Positions 37,795 to 47,681 are shown, numbered from the stretch's first letter. The stretch is 47,681 nt of DNA from Clostridia bacterium (GCA_017407285.1 JAFQWW010000040.1:1-47681), one strand, 5' to 3'. The notes: generated by a model from the letters alone, not told the origin. Program-made: numbers and translations.

Positions 37795-38535
37795 ATGGCA
37801 AAAATCATTGACAGAATAGTACTTAATACCCTACTTTTTGCAATTTTTACACTTTGGGCCACCTATATAACTAACAATATAATTATAGGTGCAGGGATTG
37901 CGTTTATTTTGATACTTACGATATCAATATTCACGAAGCCTAAGACGGAGTTAAAATTCGTGCCTGAAGATTATATTCCTAAACTAACAACTATGCCAAC
38001 ACACGACCTCGTTGATCTTATAATGAAGGTTATTATCCCCTCCTATCACCCAACGCAAAAGAAAAACGCTATCGTGTTAGGCGACGTCTTGCTCGTACCG
38101 TTTTTAAAACTAACCCCTGTATCTGCAGACGAAATATATGCAAAAGCCCGAAAAGCAAAGTTTTCGGGCTATAAAAAGCTTGTTTTAATACTTAACTCAT
38201 ACGACGAAAATCAATTTAATAAAATCACACAATTTTTACCACTCTCTGTCGAAAATATAGACTCAAAAGTAGTTATATGCGCACTAAAGAAAGCAAACGC
38301 TTTACCAGAGATACCTAAACAAGCAAAGGTAAAACCCAAACTCAAATCCGTATTCAAAAACGCTTTTTGTAAGAAAAATTTCAAATATTTCTTACTTAGT
38401 GGTTTCTCTTTAGCGATTTTAGTCGTCTTTACGCCGTTCAAGTTATACTATTTGGTTTTTTGTACGATTACACTTAGTTTTGCTCTGCTGTGTTTATTCA
38501 AAAAGCAAAAGAAAATTCCGTCGTATTTTATTTGA
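37795..38535 (+). CDS. Hypothetical membrane protein (TM pairs at both termini)
   Basis: 246 aa ORF with SD GGAGA; fills gap between nadD and spo0A. Confidence 0.7.
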   Translation: MAKIIDRIVLNTLLFAIFTLWATYITNNIIIGAGIAFILILTISIFTKPKTELKFVPEDYIPKLTTMPTHDLVDLIMKVIIPSYHPTQKKNAIVLGDVLLVPFLKLTPVSADEIYAKARKAKFSGYKKLVLILNSYDENQFNKITQFLPLSVENIDSKVVICALKKANALPEIPKQAKVKPKLKSVFKNAFCKKNFKYFLLSGFSLAILVVFTPFKLYYLVFCTITLSFALLCLFKKQKKIPSYFI

Positions 38536-39279
38536 TTACATTCCGTCAATCAAAAGTTTGTCCGCAATCAAAGCAATTAACTCACCGTTAGTTGGTTTGT
38601 CGTGTGAGGTATATATCTTGATACCAAATAAGTTATTTATGTTCTCAATCCTCCCCTTATTCCAAGCAACCTCAATAGCGTGACGAATAGCACGCTCTAC
38701 CTTGCTTGCCGTGGTTGAATATACGCTTGCAACGGTAGGATATAATTCCTTCGTTATCGAATTCATAATATCGGGTTTTGCAACCGCAAGTTTTATCGCT
38801 TCTTTTAGATATCTATAACCTTTTATATGCGCGGGAATCCCAACGCTCATAAATATATTTGCAATTTTAGATTCAAAACTCTTTTCTTCAGAATCTTCGC
38901 ATGAAGTTCTAATAAAATCACTTTCGGTCATAACGTCTATAAGTCTATCGCTACAAACGGGTTTCAACATATAAAAGTTTGCACCAAGATTCATAGCACG
39001 AGTTATAAATCCGTCGCCCGACAGTGAGGACACCACGATTATTCTCGCACGATTTCCAATTGCACGCAACTTTTCAATTAACCCAAAGCCGTCAAGTATT
39101 GGCAAAACCAAATCAGTAACGACGATATCAGGTTTAAGTGTGCAGATTTCAGTAAAAGCACGTTCTCCGTCGGCAGATGCACCGACTACTCTCAAACAAT
39201 CGCCCGACGAAATTACGTCGATAAGCAATTCTCTTTCTGCATTGTCTTTTTCAACAACGTAAACGGTAAGTTCGATCAT
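38536..39279 (-). CDS. spo0A: Sporulation master regulator Spo0A
   Basis: Receiver (PDIVVTDLVLP.LDG) plus GIPAHIKGY.YL, ITKELYP, VERAIRHAIEVAW.KG, KPTN.E.IA; start ATG 39279 after AGGAG. Confidence 0.95.
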   Translation of the reverse strand: MIELTVYVVEKDNAERELLIDVISSGDCLRVVGASADGERAFTEICTLKPDIVVTDLVLPILDGFGLIEKLRAIGNRARIIVVSSLSGDGFITRAMNLGANFYMLKPVCSDRLIDVMTESDFIRTSCEDSEEKSFESKIANIFMSVGIPAHIKGYRYLKEAIKLAVAKPDIMNSITKELYPTVASVYSTTASKVERAIRHAIEVAWNKGRIENINNLFGIKIYTSHDKPTNGELIALIADKLLIDGM

Positions 39280-39405
39280 AAAGTTCTCCTTTTTGCATAG
39301 CAAAAAACAAGCCATGCAGGCTAAAATTAGTATAGAAATTTTTTTGCAAGAGTGTAAAAGATGTTAGAAAGAAATTCGTCTTTTGTTCTCTTAAAATTCA
39401 CTCAA

Positions 39406-39434
39406 ATATTATCGCGTATTCGACGAATTGTCAA
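39406..39434 (-). promoter_or_regulatory. Sigma-A promoter of spo0A
   Basis: Minus strand TTGACA (39434-39429) - 17 nt - TAATAT; near-0A box in the spacer. Confidence 0.65.
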
Positions 39435-39478
39435 GCAATTTTCTATAATTTTTTATAAAGAGTTTTTCTTCGCGCACA

Positions 39479-39495
39479 TTCGACAATATTCGACA
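39479..39495 (-). promoter_or_regulatory. Tandem Spo0A (0A) boxes
   Basis: Two perfect TGTCGAA on minus strand (TTCGACA at 39479-39485 and 39489-39495), 10 bp apart. Confidence 0.8.
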
Positions 39496-39502
39496 AAGGA
39501 GA

Positions 39503-39537
39503 AAGCAAAAAAGCACGCGTGTTGCGTGCTTTTGCTT
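39503..39537 (-). terminator. Terminator after glnS
   Basis: AAAAGCACGC-N5-GCGTGCTTTT with T-tract on minus strand. Confidence 0.82.
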
Positions 39538-41179
39538 ATTTATTAATTTGTGCTTTGTATTTGTCTTTAAGACCGATTATTCTATTGAACACGGGAGTTT
39601 CTTTAGTTGAGTCACGATCTTTTATAAAATAACCAGTTCTCATAAACTGATAGGTTTCACCCACCTCACACTCATAAAGTGAGGGTTCAACGAAACCGTC
39701 TTTTATTACAAGAGAATCTTTATTGAGTTTATCCTGTATCTCGCCTTCTATGCTATCGTCAACGAGTTTGTCGTACAAGCGAATTTTAGCGGGACGGCCG
39801 TATTTTGCGCTAACCCAATGTATCGTACCCTTCACCTTCTTCGTGCTATTTCCGCCACTCTTCGTGTCGGGATCGTATTCTGCGTGAACGACTATTCCGT
39901 CCGGTGTTTCCTCATATCCCGTGCATTTTATAATGTAAGCACGATTCAATCTTACCTCGGCACCGGGATAAAGTCTAAAGTACTTGGGAGGAGGATCAAT
40001 TTTGAAATCGTCCTCGTCGATATAGAGTTCTTTAGTGAACACGACTTTTCTGCTCTCTGCTCCTTCCGTCGGACGATTAGGAACTATTAACTCTTCTTCG
40101 CCTTCATAGTTATCGATAACGAGTTTAATGGGGTTTACTACTGCCATTTTGCAATCTACGGTTTGTTGTAACTCGTCTCTTACACAATGCTCTAAAAGGG
40201 CAAAATCTACCTCGGACAAAGCCTTGGATACACCGGTAACGTTAATGAAAGATTTAAGTGCGTTAGCGGGATAACCTCTTCTTCTCATACCTGCAATAGT
40301 AGGCATACGAGGATCGTCCCATCCGTCTACGATACCAGTTTCAACTAAGTTTTTAAGATAACGTTTACCTAAAATGACGTCGGAAACGTTGATCTTTGCA
40401 AACTCAATCTGGCGAGGAGGATTAGGAAACAATCCCAAAGACTGGGTAGACCAGTTGTACAAAGGTCTTCTCTCCTCAAACTCAGGACCACACAAAGAGT
40501 GCGTTACACCCTCAAGTGCATCAAGCAAAGGAGAAGCGAAGTCGTACATAGGATAAATACACCACTTATCTCCCGTTCTGTGGTGAGTTACGTACATAAT
40601 ACGATAAATAACGGGATCACGCATACAAAGTATGGGAGACGCCATATCTATCTTGGCACGCAAAGTGCAATATCCTTCGGGAAACTCTCCGTTTTTCATT
40701 CTATTGAACAAATCGAGGTTTTCCTCAATACTTCTATTTCTATACGGACTCTCCTTTCCGGGAGTCGTCAAAGTACCACGATACTCTCTTACCTCGTCTT
40801 GAGTCAAATTACAAACGTAAGCTTTTCCTGCCTCAATAAGTTTAACGGCGATCTCGTACAAGTCTTGATAATGATCTGAAGCAAAATAGGTCTTGTAAGG
40901 TTCAAAACCAAGCCATGCAATATCCTCTTTTATAGATTGAACGAATTCATCCTTTTCTTTTACGGGATTGGTGTCGTCAAAATATAAAAAGCACTTTCCA
41001 TCATATCGCATCGAGGTACCGAAGTTGATACAAATTGATTTAACGTGACCTAAATGCAAGTATCCGTTAGGCTCGGGAGGTACACGGGTGCAAACCACGT
41101 TATCCTTAACCTTTCCAGCCTTTAAGTCCTCGTCTACGTAATCAAAAATAAAGTTATCAGTTAGTTCAAATTTTTCCAT
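39536..41179 (-). CDS. glnS: Glutaminyl-tRNA synthetase
   Basis: PPEPNGYLHLGH, DDTNP.KE, IYPMYDFA, GWDDPRMPT, KVKGTIHWVS, QFMR.GYF. Confidence 0.95.
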   Translation of the reverse strand: MEKFELTDNFIFDYVDEDLKAGKVKDNVVCTRVPPEPNGYLHLGHVKSICINFGTSMRYDGKCFLYFDDTNPVKEKDEFVQSIKEDIAWLGFEPYKTYFASDHYQDLYEIAVKLIEAGKAYVCNLTQDEVREYRGTLTTPGKESPYRNRSIEENLDLFNRMKNGEFPEGYCTLRAKIDMASPILCMRDPVIYRIMYVTHHRTGDKWCIYPMYDFASPLLDALEGVTHSLCGPEFEERRPLYNWSTQSLGLFPNPPRQIEFAKINVSDVILGKRYLKNLVETGIVDGWDDPRMPTIAGMRRRGYPANALKSFINVTGVSKALSEVDFALLEHCVRDELQQTVDCKMAVVNPIKLVIDNYEGEEELIVPNRPTEGAESRKVVFTKELYIDEDDFKIDPPPKYFRLYPGAEVRLNRAYIIKCTGYEETPDGIVVHAEYDPDTKSGGNSTKKVKGTIHWVSAKYGRPAKIRLYDKLVDDSIEGEIQDKLNKDSLVIKDGFVEPSLYECEVGETYQFMRTGYFIKDRDSTKETPVFNRIIGLKDKYKAQINK

Positions 41180-41213
41180 AATCAGTCTCCATAATTACCT
41201 TATTTTACCACCT

Positions 41214-42332
41214 TTAATCTAAAAACTCAACGATAATTGAGTTAAGAGTATAAAAATATTCTTTTTTTACCCTAATTTTTTCCTCAGTAACGTCCAAAAC
41301 CTTACTGAGCTTAGATATTCCCTTAGAATATTTATCTAAAATATCTACGCCAAAGCGTTCTTTTATCACGGACAAAGTAATTCCGTCCGACAAGCGCAAA
41401 CCTAGCATGACACTCTCTTCCAATTCGTCCTCTTTGCTTAGTTTAGCGTCCAGCGTCTTAATCTCGTCAAAATTAATCGTGTTCAAATAGTCACTCAAAC
41501 TGCTAGTATTATAAAATCTTGCGTTTTGTAGAAGACTATGAGCACCTAAACCCATTCCTAAGTAACTTTTTCGAGTCCAATATCCCAAATTGTGTTTACA
41601 CTCGTAACCGGGATGAGCAAAGTTACTTACCTCGTAACGCTCTAATCCGTAACGTGACGTGAGAGATAAAACTTCGTTGTAGAGGTCTGCAACTCTATCT
41701 CCGTCAGGAAGAGTACACACACCGTCTTTTACCATATCAAAAAGTTTCGTGCCTTTCTCAACGCCTAGTCCGTATGCAGATAAATGCTTCACGCCACAGT
41801 CAAGTACCCCACTAACCGAGCGCAAACAATCATCTTCACTCTCTGGTAAACCTAAAATCAAATCTGCGTTAACTTTAAGATTGGTATTAGTTAATAACTC
41901 TAATGCACGTCTTGCTTGATTTTCGTCATGCGCTCGACCAATTATCTTGAGCGTTTTATTATTTAAGCTTTGCACGCCCAGACTAACACGGTTGCACGCA
42001 TTTTGATATTCCGATACCTTGTCTACATCTAGACTCTCTGGATTAGACTCAACTGTGATTTCTACCTCACTTGCTACAGTAAAATTTTTACAAATCGCAT
42101 CAACGATTTCGGACACGTAACCGAGCGGTAAAATACTAGGTGTTCCGCCACCTATAAATACGGTATCAACGATATATTCCCCTTTTAGTTTGTCTGCGTA
42201 ATAAGCAATTTCTAAAAGAAGTTTATTCTTGTAACTCTCCATTCTATCCAAGTTTGGAAAAGACAAAAAGTCGCAATACGCGCATTTGCTCCTACAAAAC
42301 GGAATATGAAGATAAAGCCCAAGCTTTTCCAT
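41214..42332 (-). CDS. hemW: Radical SAM heme chaperone HemW
   Basis: YLHIPFC..KC.YCDF, GGGTPS, YEVSNFA, HNL.YW, G.GAHS; lepA-hemW synteny. Confidence 0.92.
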   Translation of the reverse strand: MEKLGLYLHIPFCRSKCAYCDFLSFPNLDRMESYKNKLLLEIAYYADKLKGEYIVDTVFIGGGTPSILPLGYVSEIVDAICKNFTVASEVEITVESNPESLDVDKVSEYQNACNRVSLGVQSLNNKTLKIIGRAHDENQARRALELLTNTNLKVNADLILGLPESEDDCLRSVSGVLDCGVKHLSAYGLGVEKGTKLFDMVKDGVCTLPDGDRVADLYNEVLSLTSRYGLERYEVSNFAHPGYECKHNLGYWTRKSYLGMGLGAHSLLQNARFYNTSSLSDYLNTINFDEIKTLDAKLSKEDELEESVMLGLRLSDGITLSVIKERFGVDILDKYSKGISKLSKVLDVTEEKIRVKKEYFYTLNSIIVEFLD

Positions 42333-44134
42333 TATTTATCAAATTTTAATATAGTCATAAACGCTTCACTAGGAACGCTTACCGAACCTACTTGGCGCAT
42401 ACGTTTTTTACCTTCTTTTTGTTTTTCAAGAAGTTTCTTCTTTCTCGTAATATCGCCACCGTAACATTTTGCCAATACGTCTTTTCGCATAGCTTTTACG
42501 GTTTCTCTAGCAATTACCTTACCACCGATCGCCGCTTGAATAGGTATCTCAAACATTTGACGAGGAATAACGTCTTTCAATTTTTCTGCTATAGATCTAC
42601 CTCTTGCGTACGCTTTGTCCTTGTGAACGATAATACTTAGCGCATCACATACGTCTCCGTTTAATAAAATATCCAATTTTACCAACTCACTTCTCTTGTA
42701 TCCCGTAATTTCATAGTCTAAACTAGCGTAACCTCTAGACTTTGATTTTAAGGAGTCAAAGAAATCGTATATGATTTCATTCAAGGGCATTTCGTATTCA
42801 ATACGAGCACGTCCAGAATCAATATAGGTCATATCGGTATATATACCACGCTTTTCTTGGCACAATTCCATTATAGGACCAACGTACTCGGGAGGCGTGT
42901 AGATGTAAGCCTTAACCACGGGTTCTTCCATATAATCAATTTCGGTAACGGCAGGCAAGTGGCTAGGGTTTGCGACCTCCATCATCTCTCCGTTAGTCTT
43001 ATACACGAGATAGGAAACAGAGGGCGACGTCGTAATAATGTCGAAATCAAACTCTCTTTCCAATCTCTCCTCTATAATTTCCATATGGAGAAGTCCTAAA
43101 AATCCACATCTAAAACCAAAACCTAACGCAGCGCTGACTTCGGGTTCGAAAACAAGCGCCGCATCGTTCAGATTCAATTTTTCTAGTGCATCTTTTAGGT
43201 CGTTATATTTAGATCCGTCCGCGGGATAAATACCGGAAAAAACCATAGGTTTTGCTTCTTTATATCCCGGTAACGGCTCGCTCGTACCCCCTTCGGCCAA
43301 AGTAATAGTATCACCGACCGAGGTATCTTTTACGTTTTTAATACTTGCTGCAATATATCCTACGTCTCCTGCAGACAATTTTTCACAAGGCAATAGTTTG
43401 GGGTTAAACACACCGACCTCGGTTACGTCGAACTCTTTACCACTATGGCACATCTTGATCTTAACACCCGCACGAACTTCTCCGTCCACAATTCTAACGA
43501 AAGATATTGCGCCTTTGTAGTTGTCGTAGTAGGAGTCAAAAATCAACGCCTTAAGCGGTGCATTCTCGTCACCTTGAGGTGCAGGGATTTTCTCGATTAC
43601 ATCACGCAACACGTCTTCAATGCCTATTCCCTCTTTTGCAGAAACTAAAGCAATCCCATCAGTGTCCAAACCTATAATATCCTCGATTTCCTTTTTAGCA
43701 CCCTCAATATCGGCACTAGGTAAATCAATTTTGTTTATCAAAGGAACGATTTCCAAATCGTTATCCATAGCAAGGTAAACGTTGGTTAGTGTCTGTGCCT
43801 CCACGCCTTGAGATGCATCAACTACAAGCAAAGCACCTTCGCACGCAGCCAAAGAACGAGAAACTTCGTACGTAAAGTCCACGTGCCCCGGGGTATCAAT
43901 AAGATTTAGAATATACTCCTCTCCGTTGTAATTATAAAACATACGAACGGGCTGTAATTTTATAGTAATACCACGCTCACGCTCGATGTCCATGCTATCT
44001 AAAAGTTGAGCTTCCATATCTCTTGAGCTAACGACACCCGTGTACTCAATCAATCTATCCGCAAGCGTGCTCTTTCCGTGATCTATATGGGCAACTATAC
44101 AAAAATTTCTTATTTTGTCCTGCCTTTTTGACAT
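42332..44134 (-). CDS. lepA: Elongation factor 4
   Basis: [47 protein letters not shown]. Confidence 0.98.
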   Translation of the reverse strand: MSKRQDKIRNFCIVAHIDHGKSTLADRLIEYTGVVSSRDMEAQLLDSMDIERERGITIKLQPVRMFYNYNGEEYILNLIDTPGHVDFTYEVSRSLAACEGALLVVDASQGVEAQTLTNVYLAMDNDLEIVPLINKIDLPSADIEGAKKEIEDIIGLDTDGIALVSAKEGIGIEDVLRDVIEKIPAPQGDENAPLKALIFDSYYDNYKGAISFVRIVDGEVRAGVKIKMCHSGKEFDVTEVGVFNPKLLPCEKLSAGDVGYIAASIKNVKDTSVGDTITLAEGGTSEPLPGYKEAKPMVFSGIYPADGSKYNDLKDALEKLNLNDAALVFEPEVSAALGFGFRCGFLGLLHMEIIEERLEREFDFDIITTSPSVSYLVYKTNGEMMEVANPSHLPAVTEIDYMEEPVVKAYIYTPPEYVGPIMELCQEKRGIYTDMTYIDSGRARIEYEMPLNEIIYDFFDSLKSKSRGYASLDYEITGYKRSELVKLDILLNGDVCDALSIIVHKDKAYARGRSIAEKLKDVIPRQMFEIPIQAAIGGKVIARETVKAMRKDVLAKCYGGDITRKKKLLEKQKEGKKRMRQVGSVSVPSEAFMTILKFDK

Positions 44135-44170
44135 TTCTTACTCCTCAATAACTTTTTTACAATATTCGCC

Positions 44171-44199
44171 TTGCGCAAATTAAAACCAAGTGCTATAAT
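44171..44199 (+). promoter_or_regulatory. Sigma-A promoter, predicted leaderless transcript of GDPD gene
   Basis: TTGCGC-17-TATAAT with TG extension, 6 nt before ATG 44206, no SD. Confidence 0.65.
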
Positions 44200-44205
44200 G
44201 AACGC

Positions 44206-44922
44206 ATGAAAAATTTTGATTGGTTAATTAAAACTCCTATAGCGCATCGCGGTCTTCACAACGACAAATTGCCCGAAAACTCTATATCGGCATTTCAAAA
44301 TGCTATACGACACGGCTATAATATTGAAACTGACGTACGTCTAACCAAGGACAAAAAACTCGTCCTCTTTCACGACGATACCCTCTCACGCATGTGCGGA
44401 GAAAATGTTGCAGTCGCAGATCTAACGTTTGATGAACTGCAGTCCTATACTCTTAAAAACACGAGTGAAAAAGTACCCCTTCTCTCCGATCTCCTATCAC
44501 TGGCTGGAGAAAATGTAGGACTTTTGATAGAACTTAAATCAGACGGGAAGGGCGAACTTGAAAAAGCGGTATACGACGAAATCAAAAATCTTAACGGTCG
44601 TTATGCCGTTCAATCCTTCCACCCCTACTCCGTAAAATGGTTCAAAGATAACGCAAAGGAAATTCCAAGAGGTTTACTAGCCACGATAGAACTTCCCCCT
44701 GCATTGAGTAAAATCGTGAGATTTGTACTAAAGCACCTTTTGCTCTACAAAAAAGTTAGTCCCGATTTTCTCGCATACGACGAAAGATTTATTGCAAAAA
44801 GACGAGTTCAAAAGAGAAAGGTTCCTCGCCTTGCTTGGACGGTACGCGAAAAAACACGCGAACACGAACTTTTAGAGAAAGGTCTTGCCGATAACGTTAT
44901 ATTTGAAAACTATCTAGCTTAA
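44206..44922 (+). CDS. Glycerophosphodiester phosphodiesterase family protein
   Basis: IAHRGLH, PENS..AF, IETDV.LT.D, HD..L.R, IELK, QSF.P, WTV. Confidence 0.92.
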   Translation: MKNFDWLIKTPIAHRGLHNDKLPENSISAFQNAIRHGYNIETDVRLTKDKKLVLFHDDTLSRMCGENVAVADLTFDELQSYTLKNTSEKVPLLSDLLSLAGENVGLLIELKSDGKGELEKAVYDEIKNLNGRYAVQSFHPYSVKWFKDNAKEIPRGLLATIELPPALSKIVRFVLKHLLLYKKVSPDFLAYDERFIAKRRVQKRKVPRLAWTVREKTREHELLEKGLADNVIFENYLA

Positions 44923-45504
44923 TTATACTTGCAACGCTCTAGTGCCCGGTTTAGTCAAAGGAATTTTACCTTCTTTGCAAATCGGGCAATCTTTTTCTTC
45001 GTACGATATAACTTCCATAGACAAAAGCGCTTGGTAGGGTTTACCAAAGTCAACCTTACCGTTACTTCTGTCTACGATAGATGCAACTGCTACGACGTCT
45101 GCGCCCATAGACTCGAGAAGTTTTATGGTTTCAACTACCGATCCACCCGTCGTTACTACGTCCTCAACTACTAAAATCTTCTCGCCTTTCTTTACACTAA
45201 AACCACGGCGAAGAGTCATGTTACCGTCAACGCGCTCTACGAAGATGTTGGGTTTTGATAATGCTCTAGCCATTTCGTATCCCATAATTATTCCACCTAT
45301 TGCAGGAGATGCTACGGTATCAATCTCAATACCTTCAAGTTTCTTTGCAAGTTCTTTGCACAAAAGTTCGCTCTTATCAGGATACATAAAAAGTTTCGCA
45401 CACTGCATATAAGTATCGGAATGTCTGCCTGATGCTAGGCGGAAATGTCCTTTCAAAATTCCTTCAGTCTCTTTGAATATATCAAGTACTTGTTCGTTAG
45501 TCAT
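44923..45504 (-). CDS. pyrE: Orotate phosphoribosyltransferase
   Basis: GHF.L.SGRHS..Y.QCA, VVEDVVTTGGS. Confidence 0.95.
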   Translation of the reverse strand: MTNEQVLDIFKETEGILKGHFRLASGRHSDTYMQCAKLFMYPDKSELLCKELAKKLEGIEIDTVASPAIGGIIMGYEMARALSKPNIFVERVDGNMTLRRGFSVKKGEKILVVEDVVTTGGSVVETIKLLESMGADVVAVASIVDRSNGKVDFGKPYQALLSMEVISYEEKDCPICKEGKIPLTKPGTRALQV

Positions 45505-45515
45505 AATAATAGCTC

Positions 45516-46427
45516 CTAAATGTTTATTTTGCCTACGATATCACGAATATCGTCAATACCGTTTTTAATCATATAATTTTCCAATCCTTCAAGTATTTCA
45601 GGAATAACTAAAGGATTAGAGAAGTTTGCCGTACCTACTTGAACTGCGGACGCACCGACGAGCATAAACTCCAAAACGTCACGATAATTACTTATACCAC
45701 CTAATCCAATTACGGGTATTTTTACCGCTTTACAAGCCTCCCAAACCATTCTAAGCGCAATAGGTTTAACTGCAGGGCCACTCATTCCACCCGTAACGTT
45801 TGCAAGAATAGGTTTGCGTCTCTCTAAGTCAATAGCCATACCCGTTAAGGTATTTATAAGAGAAATACAGTCCGCACCACCGTTTTCCGCGGCTTTAGCA
45901 TTATCGGAAATAGAGGCTACGTTCGGGGATAATTTAACCATCAAGGGTGTTTTAGTCAAACGTGCTTTGACCTTCTCGGTTACGTTTTGAACGCTCTCGG
46001 GCTTTATACCAAAAGCCACGCCACCCTCTTTAACGTTGGGACAAGATATATTAAGTTCAATCATATCGACTAAACCGTTCAATCTTTCCGCAATCTCTTC
46101 GTAATCCGCTAACGTACTACCTGCAACGTTTGCAATAATATTAGTGCCCGATTCTTTCAAGAAAGGTAGATCGTATTCAATAAAATGCTCTACACCGGGA
46201 TTTTGCAAACCTACTGCATTCAAAATTCCGCTTGGCGTTTCGGCAATTCTGGGGGTAGGATTTCCAAGACGAGGTTTAAGTGTCGTACCTTTCGTAGATA
46301 TACCACCTAATATCGATATAGGATAAAACTCGTTGTATTCACGACCAAAACCGTACGTTCCAGATGCTGCAATAATAGGGTTTTTAAATTTTACACCGCA
46401 AATTTCCACACCGAGATTTATTTTCAT
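45516..46427 (-). CDS. pyrD: Dihydroorotate dehydrogenase B, catalytic subunit
   Basis: AASGT.G.G, NAVGLQNPG, ELNISCPNV, VKLSPN, GG.SGPAVKP. Confidence 0.95.
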   Translation of the reverse strand: MKINLGVEICGVKFKNPIIAASGTYGFGREYNEFYPISILGGISTKGTTLKPRLGNPTPRIAETPSGILNAVGLQNPGVEHFIEYDLPFLKESGTNIIANVAGSTLADYEEIAERLNGLVDMIELNISCPNVKEGGVAFGIKPESVQNVTEKVKARLTKTPLMVKLSPNVASISDNAKAAENGGADCISLINTLTGMAIDLERRKPILANVTGGMSGPAVKPIALRMVWEACKAVKIPVIGLGGISNYRDVLEFMLVGASAVQVGTANFSNPLVIPEILEGLENYMIKNGIDDIRDIVGKINI

Positions 46428-47194
46428 AACTCCACCTCCGAAATCGGAAATACCGGTCCGTCTTTACATACTCTTACGTTGCCTTCTGCTTTGGCTTGTT
46501 TGCACACACACACCAAACACGCGCCAACGCCACAACCCATTCTCTCTTCAAGCGACACGAAGCACGGGATATCTATTTTTCTATTTTCTATAGCGTTTTT
46601 CAACGCGCGGAACATAGGCTTAGGTCCGCAACACAAAATCGCATCAAAATTCTCACTCTCGTACTCGTTCAAGAAAAGTTCAACGGCGTTTTTTGCGTTC
46701 TCCAACGGTTCGTCATCATAAACTATTCTTAAATCTGCAAATCTACTTATCCTTTTAGTTAAGCACTCCGCTTTTTTGTTCCTAAAACCTAGATAAGCCA
46801 CGAAATGCTTGTCGGGATAACTCTTACCCATTCCACCAAAAGGACATACGCCCATCCCTCCTGCAAGGATAGCAATTTTCTTCCAGTTTTTATCAAGAAG
46901 AAAACCGTTTCCTAAAGGTAGGGTTGCCATAAGTTCGGTTCCGCATTTAAGTTTGGAGAGTTTTTCCGTTCCCTCCCCTCTTACTTGGTAGCAAAACTTA
47001 ACCTTTTCGCCTTTAGCATCGTAATCGGATATTCCAAACGGTCTTTTAAGAATATGACTGCCGTCACCAACACTAACGTTTAGAAATTTTCCTGCCCAAA
47101 TATCTTGAGCCGGTTCATCGAGTAGCAAGGTCGCCTCATAAATAGAATCTGCGACCTCGCTATTTTTTTCAATAATTACCTTAGTTTCTTTCAT
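46424..47194 (-). CDS. pyrK: Dihydroorotate dehydrogenase electron transfer subunit
   Basis: RPF.I, PLGNGF, CGP.PM, EERMGCGVGAC..C, VC.DGPVF. Confidence 0.93.
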   Translation of the reverse strand: MKETKVIIEKNSEVADSIYEATLLLDEPAQDIWAGKFLNVSVGDGSHILKRPFGISDYDAKGEKVKFCYQVRGEGTEKLSKLKCGTELMATLPLGNGFLLDKNWKKIAILAGGMGVCPFGGMGKSYPDKHFVAYLGFRNKKAECLTKRISRFADLRIVYDDEPLENAKNAVELFLNEYESENFDAILCCGPKPMFRALKNAIENRKIDIPCFVSLEERMGCGVGACLVCVCKQAKAEGNVRVCKDGPVFPISEVEL

Positions 47195-47681
47195 TGATCA
47201 CGTCTACCTCTTGTAGAGAAATTACGTTCAAATCTTTATCAACCTTGCCAAGCGACATAGCGCTAACGAAAGCGTTAACGGTGTCAAGTGAGGTAAAGCA
47301 GTTTGCACCCTGCTCAACTGCAAGACGTCTAATCTTAAATCCTGCTCTATCCGAATGACGACCTTTGGTGGGAGTGTTAATAATAGTTCTAACCTCTCTA
47401 GTCTTAATCAAATCCATAATATCGTCACAATCGTGGAGTTTTCCAACCACCTTAACGTCTAAGCCGTTCTCAGTCAAAGTCTTTGCAGTACCTGCGGTTG
47501 CGTACAATCTATATCCAAGTTCAACCAATTTCTTAGCAATAGGTACGACTTCAGCTTTGTTTTGGTTTGCAACCGTTATCAATACGCCACCGTCACGATT
47601 TGCATTCATACCCGATGCTATAAGTCCCTTCAACAACGCTTCGTTAAAATCGGTAGAAAGACCTAATACTTCACCAGTAGA
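47181..47681 (-). CDS. carB: Carbamoyl-phosphate synthase large subunit, C-terminal MGS domain (5' part outside window)
   Basis: Frame opens at window edge STGEVLG...EALLKG, AT.GTA, INTPT.G, GFKIRR.AVE, TSLDT. Confidence 0.92.
   Translation of the reverse strand, partial: STGEVLGLSTDFNEALLKGLIASGMNANRDGGVLITVANQNKAEVVPIAKKLVELGYRLYATAGTAKTLTENGLDVKVVGKLHDCDDIMDLIKTREVRTIINTPTKGRHSDRAGFKIRRLAVEQGANCFTSLDTVNAFVSAMSLGKVDKDLNVISLQEVDVINERN

Noticed and set aside
44923-47681. pyrF missing between pyrD and pyrE
   Set aside because: The operon is cut by the window edge; pyrF often lies upstream in Clostridia
1-47681. CRISPR arrays, IS elements, prophage or defence systems
   Set aside because: No repeat-spacer array, transposase, integrase or phage/defence motif seen; intergenic gaps are all short and explained

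Overview
Gene-dense core-chromosome segment (AT-rich) of an endospore-forming Clostridia-class Firmicute (spo0A, ylbJ, dnaD/dnaC pair, iorAB, clostridial-type metF-metH). It holds about 45 CDSs covering RNA processing/modification, cofactor, nucleotide, methionine and cell-wall metabolism, one tRNA-Thr(GGT) and one FMN riboswitch. I saw no CRISPR array, prophage, IS or rRNA. The most unusual region is 28.2-33.9 kb (minus strand). There an FMN riboswitch with a terminator precedes an in-frame fusion of a RibU-type ECF S component to the t6A ATPase TsaE. Tightly coupled downstream are tsaB, rimI, an alpha/beta hydrolase that appears to start at ATT, a MurF whose N-terminal domain is replaced by about 5 TM helices, and (after a hairpin plus sigma-K-like element) ddl. 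Other points: an MreB paralog with degenerate catalytic motifs, a PAP2 gene broken by one in-frame TAA, a MetH lacking its reactivation domain with an orphan RACo/RamA activator nearby, and three apparently leaderless genes. All calls come from motif recognition by eye; no database searches were run.
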